Below, in pieces: positions 30,216-39,174 of a stretch of 64,000 bases of DNA. Where the stretch lies: positions 89,960 to 153,959 of the forward strand of contig CAVYNE010000015.1 in the NCBI GenBank assembly GCA_963769715.1. Direction: 5' to 3'. Below the pieces are notes generated by a model. The model was not told where the DNA came from and ran no database searches. It was given only the letters and a program-made list of their open reading frames with translations. Origin of the DNA: an uncultured Actinomycetes bacterium (GTDB lineage: Bacteria > Actinomycetota > Actinomycetes > Streptosporangiales > Streptosporangiaceae). Numbering within the stretch: the first letter of the stretch is position 1; each line of letters starts with the position of its first letter. The position numbers and the translations under genes were made by a program.

Positions 30216-31853
30216 GTGACCAACAGGAGCAAAGCCGTATTGCCGGCCGCGGGATTCCCAGCCGCGGGCCAGGTTGACGCGGACACCGGTGCCGTCGCGG
30301 TCGACGGGGTCGACGGGTCGGGGTCCCGCCTCGACCGGGCCATCTGGGCCGCCCTGGACATCGTGCGCCGGCACTGGGTATTCGGGCTGCTGCTGGCCGC
30401 CGGGCTGGTACTGCGCGTCGTGGCCCAGCTCGGGTATGAGCCCGCGCTGCTGTTCATCGACTCGAAGAAGTACATATTCGGGACTCAGTTCAGCACGACC
30501 GCGTGGGGATCTTTCGACCCGATCGGCTACACGCTGCTGGTGCTGCGCCCGGCGCTGATGGTCGCCGACCTGGCCTTCGTGGCCTTGCTCCAGCATGTGG
30601 CCGGGATCGCGATAGCAGCCGCGCTCTACGTGCTGATGCTGCGCCGCGGCGTGACACGCTGGCTCGCCGCCCTGGCCGTGGCGCCGGTGCTGCTGGACGC
30701 CTACCAGCTGAACGCGGAACAGACGATCATGCCTGACGTGCTGTTCGAGGCGCTGCTGGTGGCCGGGATCGTCCTGCTGCTCTGGCAGCCCCGGCCCGGG
30801 CTCGCGCTGGTCGTCCTGGGCGGCCTGGCCCTCGGCGCGTCCGCTCCCGTCCGCCAGGTGGGCGAGGCGCTCATCGGGCCGGCCTTGATCTACGTGCTGG
30901 CCGCCGCGCCGGGCTGGCGGACCCGCCTGCTGCACGGCGCGGCCCTGACGCTGTGTTTCGCGCTGCCGGTGGTGGGCTACATGAGCTACTCCGCGGTGAT
31001 CCTGCACTACGGGTTCGAGCTGTCCAACATGGGCGATGCGTACCTGTACGGGCGGACGGCCCACGCGGCCGACTGCGCCACGCTGAAGATCCCCGCCGAC
31101 GAGCAGCCGCTGTGCCCGAGCGCGTCGGTTTCGGCCTCGCTGGGCGTCGATGGCCTGGTCAACGCGAAAACCGCGCCGCGCGTGCTGTACCAGCCGGTCG
31201 ACGTCCAGCTGGGCCTGGTGATCGATACCGTGCCGATGCAGCGCCAGCTCGCCTACAGCGTGCTGGCGCAGCAGCCGATGCGGGTGGTCGGCGACATCGC
31301 CAAGGACTCGGTCAAGATCTTCGCGCTGACCAGGAACGCCGACGAAGGCGACACCCCGATCTCCCGCTGGCAGTTCCAGACCAGCTATCCGTACTACCCG
31401 CCCGGCATCACCCACTACGGCTCGAACAGCGCCAGCAACGTGTTCGCCGAGGCGGGCGGCGGCGGGAAGGCGCGGGTCAACGTGACGGCCGCCACCGCGC
31501 TGCGGGACTACCAGCTGCACGGCGGGTACACGCCGGGCCCGGTGTTCCTGCTCGCCCTGCTGGCCGGCCTCGCCGGGATCCTCACCTTCCGCCGTCGCCG
31601 TGACCCGGGACTCGCCCTGGCCTGCCTGCTGATCACCGGGTCCGCGGTCGCCGTGCTGCTCGGCGCGGACCTGTACGAGTTCTCCTGGCGCTATCAGCTG
31701 CCCGCCCTGGTCACGCTGCCCGTCGCGGGCGCGTTCGGCGCCACCGCGGTAGCCCGGCACATCCGGGCGCGCCGACGGCCCTCGAAGACCACGCCCGTTC
31801 CGGTCGGCCCTGTCGGCGAGCTGGCGACAGCCGTCTCCGAGCAGGTTCCCTAG
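30216..31853 (+). CDS. Polytopic membrane protein, GT-C-like (ArnT/PMT-style) putative glycosyltransferase
   Basis: 545 aa with >=9 hydrophobic helices. An early loop carries FIDSKKY. The family is not firmly recognised. The 734-aa antisense ORF is a shadow. Confidence 0.6.
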   Translation: MTNRSKAVLPAAGFPAAGQVDADTGAVAVDGVDGSGSRLDRAIWAALDIVRRHWVFGLLLAAGLVLRVVAQLGYEPALLFIDSKKYIFGTQFSTTAWGSFDPIGYTLLVLRPALMVADLAFVALLQHVAGIAIAAALYVLMLRRGVTRWLAALAVAPVLLDAYQLNAEQTIMPDVLFEALLVAGIVLLLWQPRPGLALVVLGGLALGASAPVRQVGEALIGPALIYVLAAAPGWRTRLLHGAALTLCFALPVVGYMSYSAVILHYGFELSNMGDAYLYGRTAHAADCATLKIPADEQPLCPSASVSASLGVDGLVNAKTAPRVLYQPVDVQLGLVIDTVPMQRQLAYSVLAQQPMRVVGDIAKDSVKIFALTRNADEGDTPISRWQFQTSYPYYPPGITHYGSNSASNVFAEAGGGGKARVNVTAATALRDYQLHGGYTPGPVFLLALLAGLAGILTFRRRRDPGLALACLLITGSAVAVLLGADLYEFSWRYQLPALVTLPVAGAFGATAVARHIRARRRPSKTTPVPVGPVGELATAVSEQVP

Positions 31854-31856
31854 CCG

Positions 31857-32423
31857 ATGCCCGGCCCACCCGACGGCGCGGATATCCGCATGCTCGCCTC
31901 CGGCATCGTCTACGAAGACAACTGGATGCGCCTGCGCCGTGACGATATCCAGCGGCGCGACGGTTCGGTCGGCACGTACGCATTCGTCGAGAAGCCCGAC
32001 TTCGCGATGGTCATCCCGGCCGAGAACGACGGCTTCCACCTGGTCGAGGAGTTCCGCTACCCGATCGGACGGCGGACCTGGTCGTTCCCGCAGGGCGGGT
32101 TCCCGCCCGGGGAGTCGGGCGACCCGACCGAACTCGCCCGGCTGGAGCTCGCGCAGGAAACCGGGCTGCGCGCCCGGATCCTGGTCAAGCTCGGGTACCT
32201 GAACGCCGCGCACGGCATGAGCAACGAGGGCTGCCACTTCTTCCTGGCCACCGGACTCGAGCCGGGCCCGCCAGAGCGGGAACAAGAAGAGCAGGACATG
32301 CGCCAGGCCTGGGTGCCCAGGGCCAGGTTCGAGGAGATGATCGGCGAAGGCGCCATCACCGATGACGCCACCGTCGCGGCGTACGCGCTGTTGCTGATGC
32401 ACGAACAGGGCCTCGGCGCTTAG
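31857..32423 (+). CDS. NUDIX hydrolase (ADP-ribose pyrophosphatase-like)
   Basis: NUDIX box GGFPPGESGDPTELARLELAQETGL. Confidence 0.85.
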   Translation: MPGPPDGADIRMLASGIVYEDNWMRLRRDDIQRRDGSVGTYAFVEKPDFAMVIPAENDGFHLVEEFRYPIGRRTWSFPQGGFPPGESGDPTELARLELAQETGLRARILVKLGYLNAAHGMSNEGCHFFLATGLEPGPPEREQEEQDMRQAWVPRARFEEMIGEGAITDDATVAAYALLLMHEQGLGA

Positions 32424-32495
32424 CCGCCGCGCTCAGGTCGCCGGATCATCCCGGATTACGGACCAGGGATCGCACCACGGGTCACTTGCGTTCGG

Positions 32496-33515
32496 TTACT
32501 GTGACGGTCTTGGGGTCGCGGCGGAGTCGTCGGGCAGGACGCGGGGCAGCCCGAAGGCTCGCAGCGTGTGCGATTCGAACCGGGTGAGGCCAGCCACCTG
32601 GTCGCCGCGCAAGGTGATGACCAGGAGCCCGCTGCCGTGCCATAGTCCGTTTGTCTCGTCGCGGGTGTAGACGGCGAGGGCGGGCTGCCGGTTCGCGCGG
32701 GTCTGGACGAACCGGGCCTCCGGGACGAGCCGGAACGCCACCTCGGCCAGAAATTCGGCGGCGCGGCTCCGGCCCTCCCAGACGGCGGGAAGCGGTGGCA
32801 TCGCGATCCGCACGTCCTCGGCGAGCAGGCTCACCACCTCATCGACGTCGTTCGCGGTGAAGGCCGCCGCGAGGCGGCGGACCAGTTTTGCCTCCGCCGC
32901 CGTGCTCGCCCGGGCCGGGGATCGCGGCGACGTGCCACGCAGCGACGCGCGGGCCCGGCTGAGCGTCATCGCGACGGCTTCCCCGGTCGAGTCGAGGGTG
33001 CCGGCGACCTCGCGCGCGCTGAAGCCGAGGACATCTCGGAGAATGAGAACGGCCCGCGCGCGCGGCGAGAGCAGCTGCAGCGCGGTCACGAACGCGAGGG
33101 AGACCGCCTCGTTCTGCTCCACGCGCACGTCCGGGCCGGGTGCATCGTCGGGCAGGGCGTCGAGCAGCATGTCAGGGTAGGGCTGGAGCCAGGTGATCTT
33201 TTCCGAGCCGGTCGGGGCGGGTGCCGTCGCGGGCAGGGGTTCGGTCAGCTGCGGCCTCCGGGTCGCGGTCCGGACCATGTTCAGGCAGGTGTTGGTGGCG
33301 ACACGGTAGAGCCAGGTGCGCAGGGAGGCTCTCGCCTGGAACGTCGCGAGTCCCCGCCACGCTGCCAGCAACGTCTCCTGCACGGCGTCGTCGGCGTCGT
33401 CGAACGAGCCGAGCATCCGGTAGCAGTGCACGTGCAGCTCGCGCTGATGCGGCTCAACCAGCTCCGCGAAGGCGTCTGCGTCGCCGGAGCGGGCCCGGTC
33501 TACCAAGGCCGTCAT
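32496..33515 (-). CDS. ECF sigma factor with C-terminal NTF2/SnoaL-like extension (SigG/SigJ type)
   Basis: Region 2 ELHVHCYRMLGSFDDADDAVQETLLAAWR. Region 4 RAVLILRDVLGFSAREVAGTLDSTGEAVAMTLSRAR. A ~130-aa C-terminal extension. Start set at MTALVDRARSGD (33515). Confidence 0.85.
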   Translation of the reverse strand: MTALVDRARSGDADAFAELVEPHQRELHVHCYRMLGSFDDADDAVQETLLAAWRGLATFQARASLRTWLYRVATNTCLNMVRTATRRPQLTEPLPATAPAPTGSEKITWLQPYPDMLLDALPDDAPGPDVRVEQNEAVSLAFVTALQLLSPRARAVLILRDVLGFSAREVAGTLDSTGEAVAMTLSRARASLRGTSPRSPARASTAAEAKLVRRLAAAFTANDVDEVVSLLAEDVRIAMPPLPAVWEGRSRAAEFLAEVAFRLVPEARFVQTRANRQPALAVYTRDETNGLWHGSGLLVITLRGDQVAGLTRFESHTLRAFGLPRVLPDDSAATPRPSQ

Positions 33516-33597
33516 CCGTCCGTCCCCTTCCGTCCTGATGTTCGCGCCGACGGGCGACGGGCCGCGTACCAGGCGCGCGGCCCGCGTCGCCACGGTC

Positions 33598-33993
33598 TCA
33601 GCCGACAGTCTGCTGCGAAAAATGGTTCGTGAGCGGCGTGAGGTAGAACGTCGGCCAGTTGGTGTCGACGTGGTCGTGCCAGTCTTCCGGTTCGCCGTGC
33701 TGCTCGATGACCAGGCGCGTGCCGCCGGCCTCAGGCACGAGGGTGAAGCGGACGATCGAGTACGTCCCCGGCTCCCACACCGGGAAGCGCCAGGCCTGCA
33801 CGATCCGCTCGCCGGGCGCGAGCTCGATCTGTCGGCCGGTGACGTGGCCGTCGAAGGCCGAGAACTCTTCGCCCGCCGACCGGCCAGGCACGCCCGGCAT
33901 CCCGGACAGGGCGGACAGCGCTGCGGCGTCGGCGAGGACTGCGTACACCTGCGCCGGGTCGGCGGGGATCATGACCTGCTGCTTGATGCTCAT
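33598..33993 (-). CDS. SRPBCC-superfamily protein (AHSA1/START-like)
   Basis: MSIKQQVMIPADPAQVYAVLADAAALSAL...IVQAWRF...TRLVIEQHG. Confidence 0.8.
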   Translation of the reverse strand: MSIKQQVMIPADPAQVYAVLADAAALSALSGMPGVPGRSAGEEFSAFDGHVTGRQIELAPGERIVQAWRFPVWEPGTYSIVRFTLVPEAGGTRLVIEQHGEPEDWHDHVDTNWPTFYLTPLTNHFSQQTVG

Positions 33994-34029
33994 CGTGGTG
34001 TCCCTCTCTGATCGAGTCGTTCAGGCCCC

Positions 34030-34056
34030 GATGGCCTCGATGGCCTCGATGGCCTC
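34030..34056. repeat. 9-bp direct repeat x3 (GATGGCCTC) in the intergenic region upstream of the SRPBCC gene
   Basis: gatggcctcgatggcctcgatggcctc, 37-63 nt upstream of ATG 33993 (minus-strand gene). Confidence 0.95.
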
Positions 34057-34155
34057 GACCAGGTAGACACCAGCGCACAAGAGAACCTAACAGCGCGCTG
34101 CCGCCAGGCGACGACATGGCATGGATGCGGCAACGTACCCCGTGGGGACGGCGGG

Positions 34156-34860
34156 CTACTGGGTACGGCGCGGCTCGCCCAGGGCACCGGCCCCGGCCAT
34201 GGATCGGCGCAGGCGGTTCAGGCAGCGGGCTCGCTGCGGGCCGATGCTGCCGATCGGGATGCCCAGCGCGGCGGAGATTTCCGCGTAGGAACGGGGCGGG
34301 TCGCTGGTCAGCATGGAAAGCAGTTGCTGGCAGCGGGCCGGAAGCTCGGCGAGGGCCGCGCGCAGCGCGGCATCCCGCTCGGCGGCGAGGATCTGCGTGT
34401 CGAGCGCTTCGTCATCCGCGGGCGACGCCAGGTCCGTCGCCAGCAACCCGGACCGCCGCGCCGCACTCACCACGCGCAGGCATTCCCGCGCGGTGGTCGT
34501 GGCCAGCCAGCCGGGCAGTGCGGCGGGCTGGCGAAGGTTGCCGATCTGCTCCACCAGCAGCATCCATACCCGCTGGCCCACGTCTTCCATGTCGTGCTGG
34601 CTCAGCCGGTACCGCGTGCAGATGGCGTACACCAGCGGCACGTAGCGGTCGATGATCCGGTTCCACGCGTCGGAGTCCCCGGCGGCGGCCCGGTTAACCA
34701 GCGCGGTCACCGACGAGTCCGCATCCTCGAGGGTGCGGTGGAGCCTGGCCTCAACTTCGTCCGGGCTGATCCGCGAGGCGATCTCGCCGGCCAGGTCGAA
34801 GACGGTCCCGAACAGGTCCTCCAAGGACTCGTTCGCACCGTCGGGTGCATGAGCGCTCAT
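34156..34860 (-). CDS. Sigma-70-family (group 4-like) sigma factor with ~60-aa N-terminal extension
   Basis: DAWNRIIDRYVPLVYAICTRYRLSQHDMEDVGQRVWMLL, LRQPAALPGWLATTTARECL, and region 4 SYAEISAALGIPIGSIGPQRARCLNRLR. Confidence 0.8.
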   Translation of the reverse strand: MSAHAPDGANESLEDLFGTVFDLAGEIASRISPDEVEARLHRTLEDADSSVTALVNRAAAGDSDAWNRIIDRYVPLVYAICTRYRLSQHDMEDVGQRVWMLLVEQIGNLRQPAALPGWLATTTARECLRVVSAARRSGLLATDLASPADDEALDTQILAAERDAALRAALAELPARCQQLLSMLTSDPPRSYAEISAALGIPIGSIGPQRARCLNRLRRSMAGAGALGEPRRTQ

Positions 34861-35348
34861 TGAGCCTCCCCCCCAAGGGATACCGTCAGTCTCTTACGGG
34901 CCGCGCGCAGGTTCTGGCGGACCGCCGCCTCGGTCTTCCCGAGCAGTTGCGCGATCTCCTGCGGGGTGAACATGTCGACCAGGCAGGCCAGCACCTGCCG
35001 CTGGGCCTCCGGCAGCGACTTCAGCAGCAACGTCACCCACTCCTGCTGTTCCCAGACCAGCAGGGCGGGATCCAGGTCACCTTCGGGCGGGACGTCTCCC
35101 CGCTCGATGAGCCGTTCTGAGATCCGCCGCAGGCCTCGCTGCCTGCTCTTGATCATGTTGTTGATGGCCGCCCGGCGGGCGTACGCCCGCGGGCTCGCGA
35201 TGGCGTCCCAGCGCTGGAGCATGTCGACCATCGCGGCGCACACCGCGTCCTCCGCCTCATCCGGATGGCCGCCCGCGAAGATGACATCCCGCACCAGCGG
35301 CTGGTAGGCGTCCCGGAAGAACTCCCCGAAGGCCGTCCTCGCCCTCAT
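34857..35348 (-). CDS. ECF-type sigma factor
   Basis: Region 2 EAEDAVCAAMVDMLQRW...YARRAAINNMIKSRQR. Region 4 LPEAQRQVLACLVDMFTPQEIAQLLGKTEAAVRQNLRAARKRL. 4-nt ATGA overlap with the next sigma gene. Confidence 0.8.
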   Translation of the reverse strand: MRARTAFGEFFRDAYQPLVRDVIFAGGHPDEAEDAVCAAMVDMLQRWDAIASPRAYARRAAINNMIKSRQRGLRRISERLIERGDVPPEGDLDPALLVWEQQEWVTLLLKSLPEAQRQVLACLVDMFTPQEIAQLLGKTEAAVRQNLRAARKRLTVSLGGEAQ

Positions 35349-35370
35349 GGCATCCTCCCTCCAGACGCAC

Positions 35371-36285
35371 TCAATCTTTAGATCCGGCTGACGGCCCTGG
35401 CGTGAGCAACGGGGCGAGCAGATCGCCGAACTCGGCCACCCGGTCGGGGACCGCCTCGGCGGTGAAGAACAGGTCCTGCGGCTGGCGGCAGGCCTGCACC
35501 TCGTCCCAGCTGACCGGTGTCGAGACCGTGGGGAACTGGCGGGCCCGCAGCGAGTAGGGGGCGACGGTGGTCTTGGAGCCGTTGTTCTGGCTCCAGTCGA
35601 TGAGGACCTTGCCGGTGCGCAGCGCCTTGGTCATCCGCGACACCGCGCGGCGGGGCTGATCGCGCTCGAGCCGTTCGGCGTACGTCTTGGCCAGGTCGCT
35701 GGCCTGCTCGGAGGTCAGGCCGGAGACCGGGGCGTACAGCTGCAGCCCCTTGCCGCCCGAGGTCTTGGCCAGCGGCGCCAGGCCGTCCGCCTCCAGGACT
35801 GGCCGCAAATCGCAAGCCACCCGGCAGCAGTCCACGATGTTGGCGGGCGCCCCCGGGTCGAGGTCAAAGACCAGCAGGTCGGGCTCGCGGACGTGGGGCA
35901 GCCGCCACATCGGGACATGCAGTTCCAGGCCGGCCAGGTTGGCCGCCCAGATGAGCGCGGGCAGGTCGTCCACCACCAGGTAGGTCACGCTGGTGCCGCG
36001 CGCCCGCGAGCTTCCCGAGTCGACCCGGGCGGTCCGGATCCAGTCCGGCCGGTGCGCGGTGACGTGCTTCTGGAAGAAGGCCTCGCCGTCCACGCCCTCG
36101 GGGTACCGCTTCAACGTCAATGGCCGGCCCGCGATGTGCGGCAGCAGCACGGGCGCCACCCGCTGGTAGTAGTCGAGCACCTCGGCCTTGGTGAACCCGC
36201 TCTGCGGATACAGGACCTTGCCGAGGTTGGTCAGCGTCAGGGTCCGCCCGTCCACCTGGACGGCGACCTTGGTATCGGGGCTCAC
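35371..36285 (-). CDS. NHEJ LigD polymerase/primase-domain protein (stand-alone)
   Basis: VDGRTLTLTNLGKVLYPQSGFTKAEVLDYYQRVAPVLLPHIAGRPLTLKRYPEGV and DLDPG. GTG 36285 overlaps the stop of the upstream ligase gene (GTGA). Confidence 0.85.
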   Translation of the reverse strand: MSPDTKVAVQVDGRTLTLTNLGKVLYPQSGFTKAEVLDYYQRVAPVLLPHIAGRPLTLKRYPEGVDGEAFFQKHVTAHRPDWIRTARVDSGSSRARGTSVTYLVVDDLPALIWAANLAGLELHVPMWRLPHVREPDLLVFDLDPGAPANIVDCCRVACDLRPVLEADGLAPLAKTSGGKGLQLYAPVSGLTSEQASDLAKTYAERLERDQPRRAVSRMTKALRTGKVLIDWSQNNGSKTTVAPYSLRARQFPTVSTPVSWDEVQACRQPQDLFFTAEAVPDRVAEFGDLLAPLLTPGPSAGSKD

Positions 36286-37730
36286 GGCGGCTCCCGGACC
36301 ACGTCGGCTGGGTCCTTGTCGTCGCGCAGGCCCTTGTACACCGGCGCCCGCATCCGGCCTGCCCTGGTCCAGGAGTCGAAGGTCACCTCGATCACCAGCC
36401 GTGGCTCTACCCACACCGCGGTGCGGGCATGCTCGGGCGGCACCGGTCCGCGATAAGGAGAGTCCGAACGACGCAGCGGCTCAAGCCTGCGCCCTAGCAA
36501 ACGCAGCGTCTGCACGCTGAAGCCGGTCCCGACGTGACCCGCGTAGATCAGCCCGGAGGAGTCGTTCACCCCGATGAGCAACGACCCGACCTGGCCGGTC
36601 CGGTTGCCTTTCCCCGGCTTGTAGCCGGCCACGACGACCTCCTGGCGCCGCAGGTTCTTGATCTTGCGCCAGAGATCGGTCCGCTCCCCGGGCAGGTACT
36701 TGGCGTCCAGCCGCTTGGCCACCACGCCTTCCATGCCGTGCTCGACCGAGACGGCCTGCACGGCCGGGAAGTCCTCGCCGGGGAACGACGGCGGGGTCTG
36801 CCAGTAAGGCCCGGCCAGGCCCAGTGAATCGAGCAGCGCTCGGCGCTCGGCGTACTGCTCCTCGAGCAGTGGCCTGCCGTCCAGCTGCAGCACGTCGAAT
36901 ACCAGGTAGGTCACCGGGTTCTGCCCGGCCAGCATTTTCGCCTGCGGCGCGTCGGAGACGTGCATGCGCGGCTGCAGCGCCTCGAACTCGGGCCAGCCTC
37001 CCGCGCCGAACACCACGATCTCCCCGTCGAGCAGCAGTTGCTTGTGGTCGGTGGCGTTGCCCAGGGCAGCCAGCTCGGGGTAGGCGACGGTGATGTCGCG
37101 TCCGGTCCTGGACATCAGGCGGACCCGGCCGCGCTCGACGAAGGCCAGCGCCCGCACGCCGTCCCACTTCATCTCCAGCGCCCAGTTCCCGTCGTCGGGC
37201 GGCGGCGTCGCCCAGGACGTCGCGAGCATGGGCCGGACGCCGGTGGGCAGCGGCTGGCGGTCCCGGTGGATCATCCACTGGTTGCCGCGGGTCTGGAACA
37301 GTGCGAACTCCCCGGCGACCCGCCGCCCGTGCAACCGGACCTTGACCTCCTTCGGCGCCCACTTCAGCGTCTCGTAGCGCCCGGAGTCCCAGATGGTGAC
37401 CGCGCCGGCCCCGTACTCCCCCCGCGGGATCTCCCCCTCGAAGCCGCCGTACTGCAGCGGATGATCTTCGGTGTGCACGGCCAGGTGATTGACGGCCGGA
37501 TCGGCCGGCACCCCCTTCGGCAGCGCCCAGGACACCAGCACCCCGTCGCGCTCGAGCCGGAAATCCCAGTGCAGCCGCCGGGCGTGGTGCTCCTGGATCA
37601 CGAACGTCCCGCCGTCGCCATCCTCGGCGGCCGGAGCCTCCCCCGCTGCTACCGGCTCGGCGGGCACAGGCTCGGGCGTGCGACCAGCGTCTCGCTTGTC
37701 CCGGTACGCCTGCAGCTTGTCCGCGTCCAC
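36282..37730 (-). CDS. ligD: LigD 3'-phosphoesterase + ATP-dependent DNA ligase domains
   Basis: PE domain FVIQEHHARRLHWDFRLE...WALPKG. Ligase adenylation motif EMKWDGVRA and OB domain. Confidence 0.85.
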   Translation of the reverse strand: MDADKLQAYRDKRDAGRTPEPVPAEPVAAGEAPAAEDGDGGTFVIQEHHARRLHWDFRLERDGVLVSWALPKGVPADPAVNHLAVHTEDHPLQYGGFEGEIPRGEYGAGAVTIWDSGRYETLKWAPKEVKVRLHGRRVAGEFALFQTRGNQWMIHRDRQPLPTGVRPMLATSWATPPPDDGNWALEMKWDGVRALAFVERGRVRLMSRTGRDITVAYPELAALGNATDHKQLLLDGEIVVFGAGGWPEFEALQPRMHVSDAPQAKMLAGQNPVTYLVFDVLQLDGRPLLEEQYAERRALLDSLGLAGPYWQTPPSFPGEDFPAVQAVSVEHGMEGVVAKRLDAKYLPGERTDLWRKIKNLRRQEVVVAGYKPGKGNRTGQVGSLLIGVNDSSGLIYAGHVGTGFSVQTLRLLGRRLEPLRRSDSPYRGPVPPEHARTAVWVEPRLVIEVTFDSWTRAGRMRAPVYKGLRDDKDPADVVREPP

Positions 37731-37818
37731 GTCCCCTGTCTACCCGGGTTAGCCGACCAGGGAACGGATAGCCTGGTTCGTTCGGTGCCGGACATTCCTG
37801 AGGCATCGTCCGCCTACA

Positions 37819-39126
37819 GTGGTCAGCGTGACTGAAACCTGGCAGGTAGAACCGTCCGGGCCGCTGCGCGGCGATATCGGTGTGCGCGGGTCGAAGAACG
37901 CGGTGACCAAGCACATGGTCGCGGCGATGCTCGGCGAGGGGCCGAGCACGATCCGCAACGCCCCGGAGGTCGGCGACGTCGACATCACGGCCGCGATGCT
38001 GGAGGCCGTCGGGTATCAGGTCGGCCGTTCGGGGGCCGACATCACGGTCGCGCCGGGAAGCGAGGTCCAGCCGCGGGTCCCCGAGGCGTTCACCGGGCTG
38101 AACCGGATCCCGATCTTGATGCTCGGGCCGTTGCTGCACCGGACCGGGGAGGCGTTCGTGCCGCTGGTCGGCGGCGACCCGATCGGGCGGCGGCCGGTCG
38201 ACTTCCACGTCGCGGCGCTGCGCGCGCTCGGCGCCGAGGTCGAGGTGGGCCCGGCCGGCATCACCGCGCAGGCCTCCCGGCTGTACGGTGCGCGCATCGA
38301 CCTGCCGTACCCGAGCGTGGGCGCGACCGAGACGGTGCTGCTCACCGCCGTGCTGGCCGAGGGGAAGACGGTCCTGCGCAACGCCGCCACCGAACCCGAG
38401 GTGGTCGAACTCGCGCTGTTCCTGCAGCGGATGGGCGCGCACATCGAGCTCAGCCCGGACCGGCGGATCGTCATCGAGGGCGTGCCGCGGCTGCGCGGGG
38501 CGTCACGGTGGCTGGCCGGCGACCGGCTCGAGGCGTTCTCGTACCTGGTAGCCGGGCTGATCACTCGCGGTGAGGTCCGGGTGCACGGCTGCCCGCAGGA
38601 CCGGCTGGTCACGGCGATCACCACGCTGGCCGCCATGGGCGCGCAGCTCGACATCACCGACGAGTGGATCACCGCGTCGGCGCCGTCGGGGTTGCGGCCC
38701 GCCGCGGTGCACACCGACACCCATCCCGGGTTCATGACAGACTGGCAGCAGCCGCTGATGGTGCTGTTCACCCAGGCCGACGGGATGTCGGTGCTGCACG
38801 AGACGGTGTTCGAGAACCGGCTCGTGTACGTGCCCGCGCTGCAGAAGATGGGCTGCGAGATCGAGGTGTTCGCGGCCTGCCTCGGCGGCCCCGCGTGCCG
38901 TTTCCACGACACGAACTCGGTGCATTCGGCCGTGATCAGGGGCGTGTCCAAGCTGCGCGGTGCCGACGTCACGCTGCCCGACGTGCGCGCCGGGTTCTCC
39001 GCCGTGCTGGCCGCGGCCGTGGCCGACCGGCCGTCGCTGCTGCGCGGGATCCACCACATCGAGCGCGGCTACCACCGGCCGTTCGAGCAGTTCGGCTCTC
39101 TCGGCCTGACCATCCGGCGCGGCTGA
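37819..39126 (+). CDS. murA: UDP-N-acetylglucosamine 1-carboxyvinyltransferase
   Basis: VRGSKNAVTKHMVAAML, GGDPIGRRPVDFH, and PGFMTDWQQP. Confidence 0.9.
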   Translation: MVSVTETWQVEPSGPLRGDIGVRGSKNAVTKHMVAAMLGEGPSTIRNAPEVGDVDITAAMLEAVGYQVGRSGADITVAPGSEVQPRVPEAFTGLNRIPILMLGPLLHRTGEAFVPLVGGDPIGRRPVDFHVAALRALGAEVEVGPAGITAQASRLYGARIDLPYPSVGATETVLLTAVLAEGKTVLRNAATEPEVVELALFLQRMGAHIELSPDRRIVIEGVPRLRGASRWLAGDRLEAFSYLVAGLITRGEVRVHGCPQDRLVTAITTLAAMGAQLDITDEWITASAPSGLRPAAVHTDTHPGFMTDWQQPLMVLFTQADGMSVLHETVFENRLVYVPALQKMGCEIEVFAACLGGPACRFHDTNSVHSAVIRGVSKLRGADVTLPDVRAGFSAVLAAAVADRPSLLRGIHHIERGYHRPFEQFGSLGLTIRRG

Positions 39127-39174
39127 GCCCCAAATGGTCCTTTTTTATACCGAACGGGTGGCTAGGCTGCGGTT

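Noticed and set aside
30198-32402. 734-aa minus-strand ORF
   Set aside because: It is antisense to the polytopic membrane protein and the NUDIX gene. It has shadow-type composition and no motifs.
36481-38442. 653-aa minus-strand ORF spanning the ligD/murA boundary
   Set aside because: It is out of frame with ligD and antisense to murA, with Arg/Pro/Gly-rich shadow composition.
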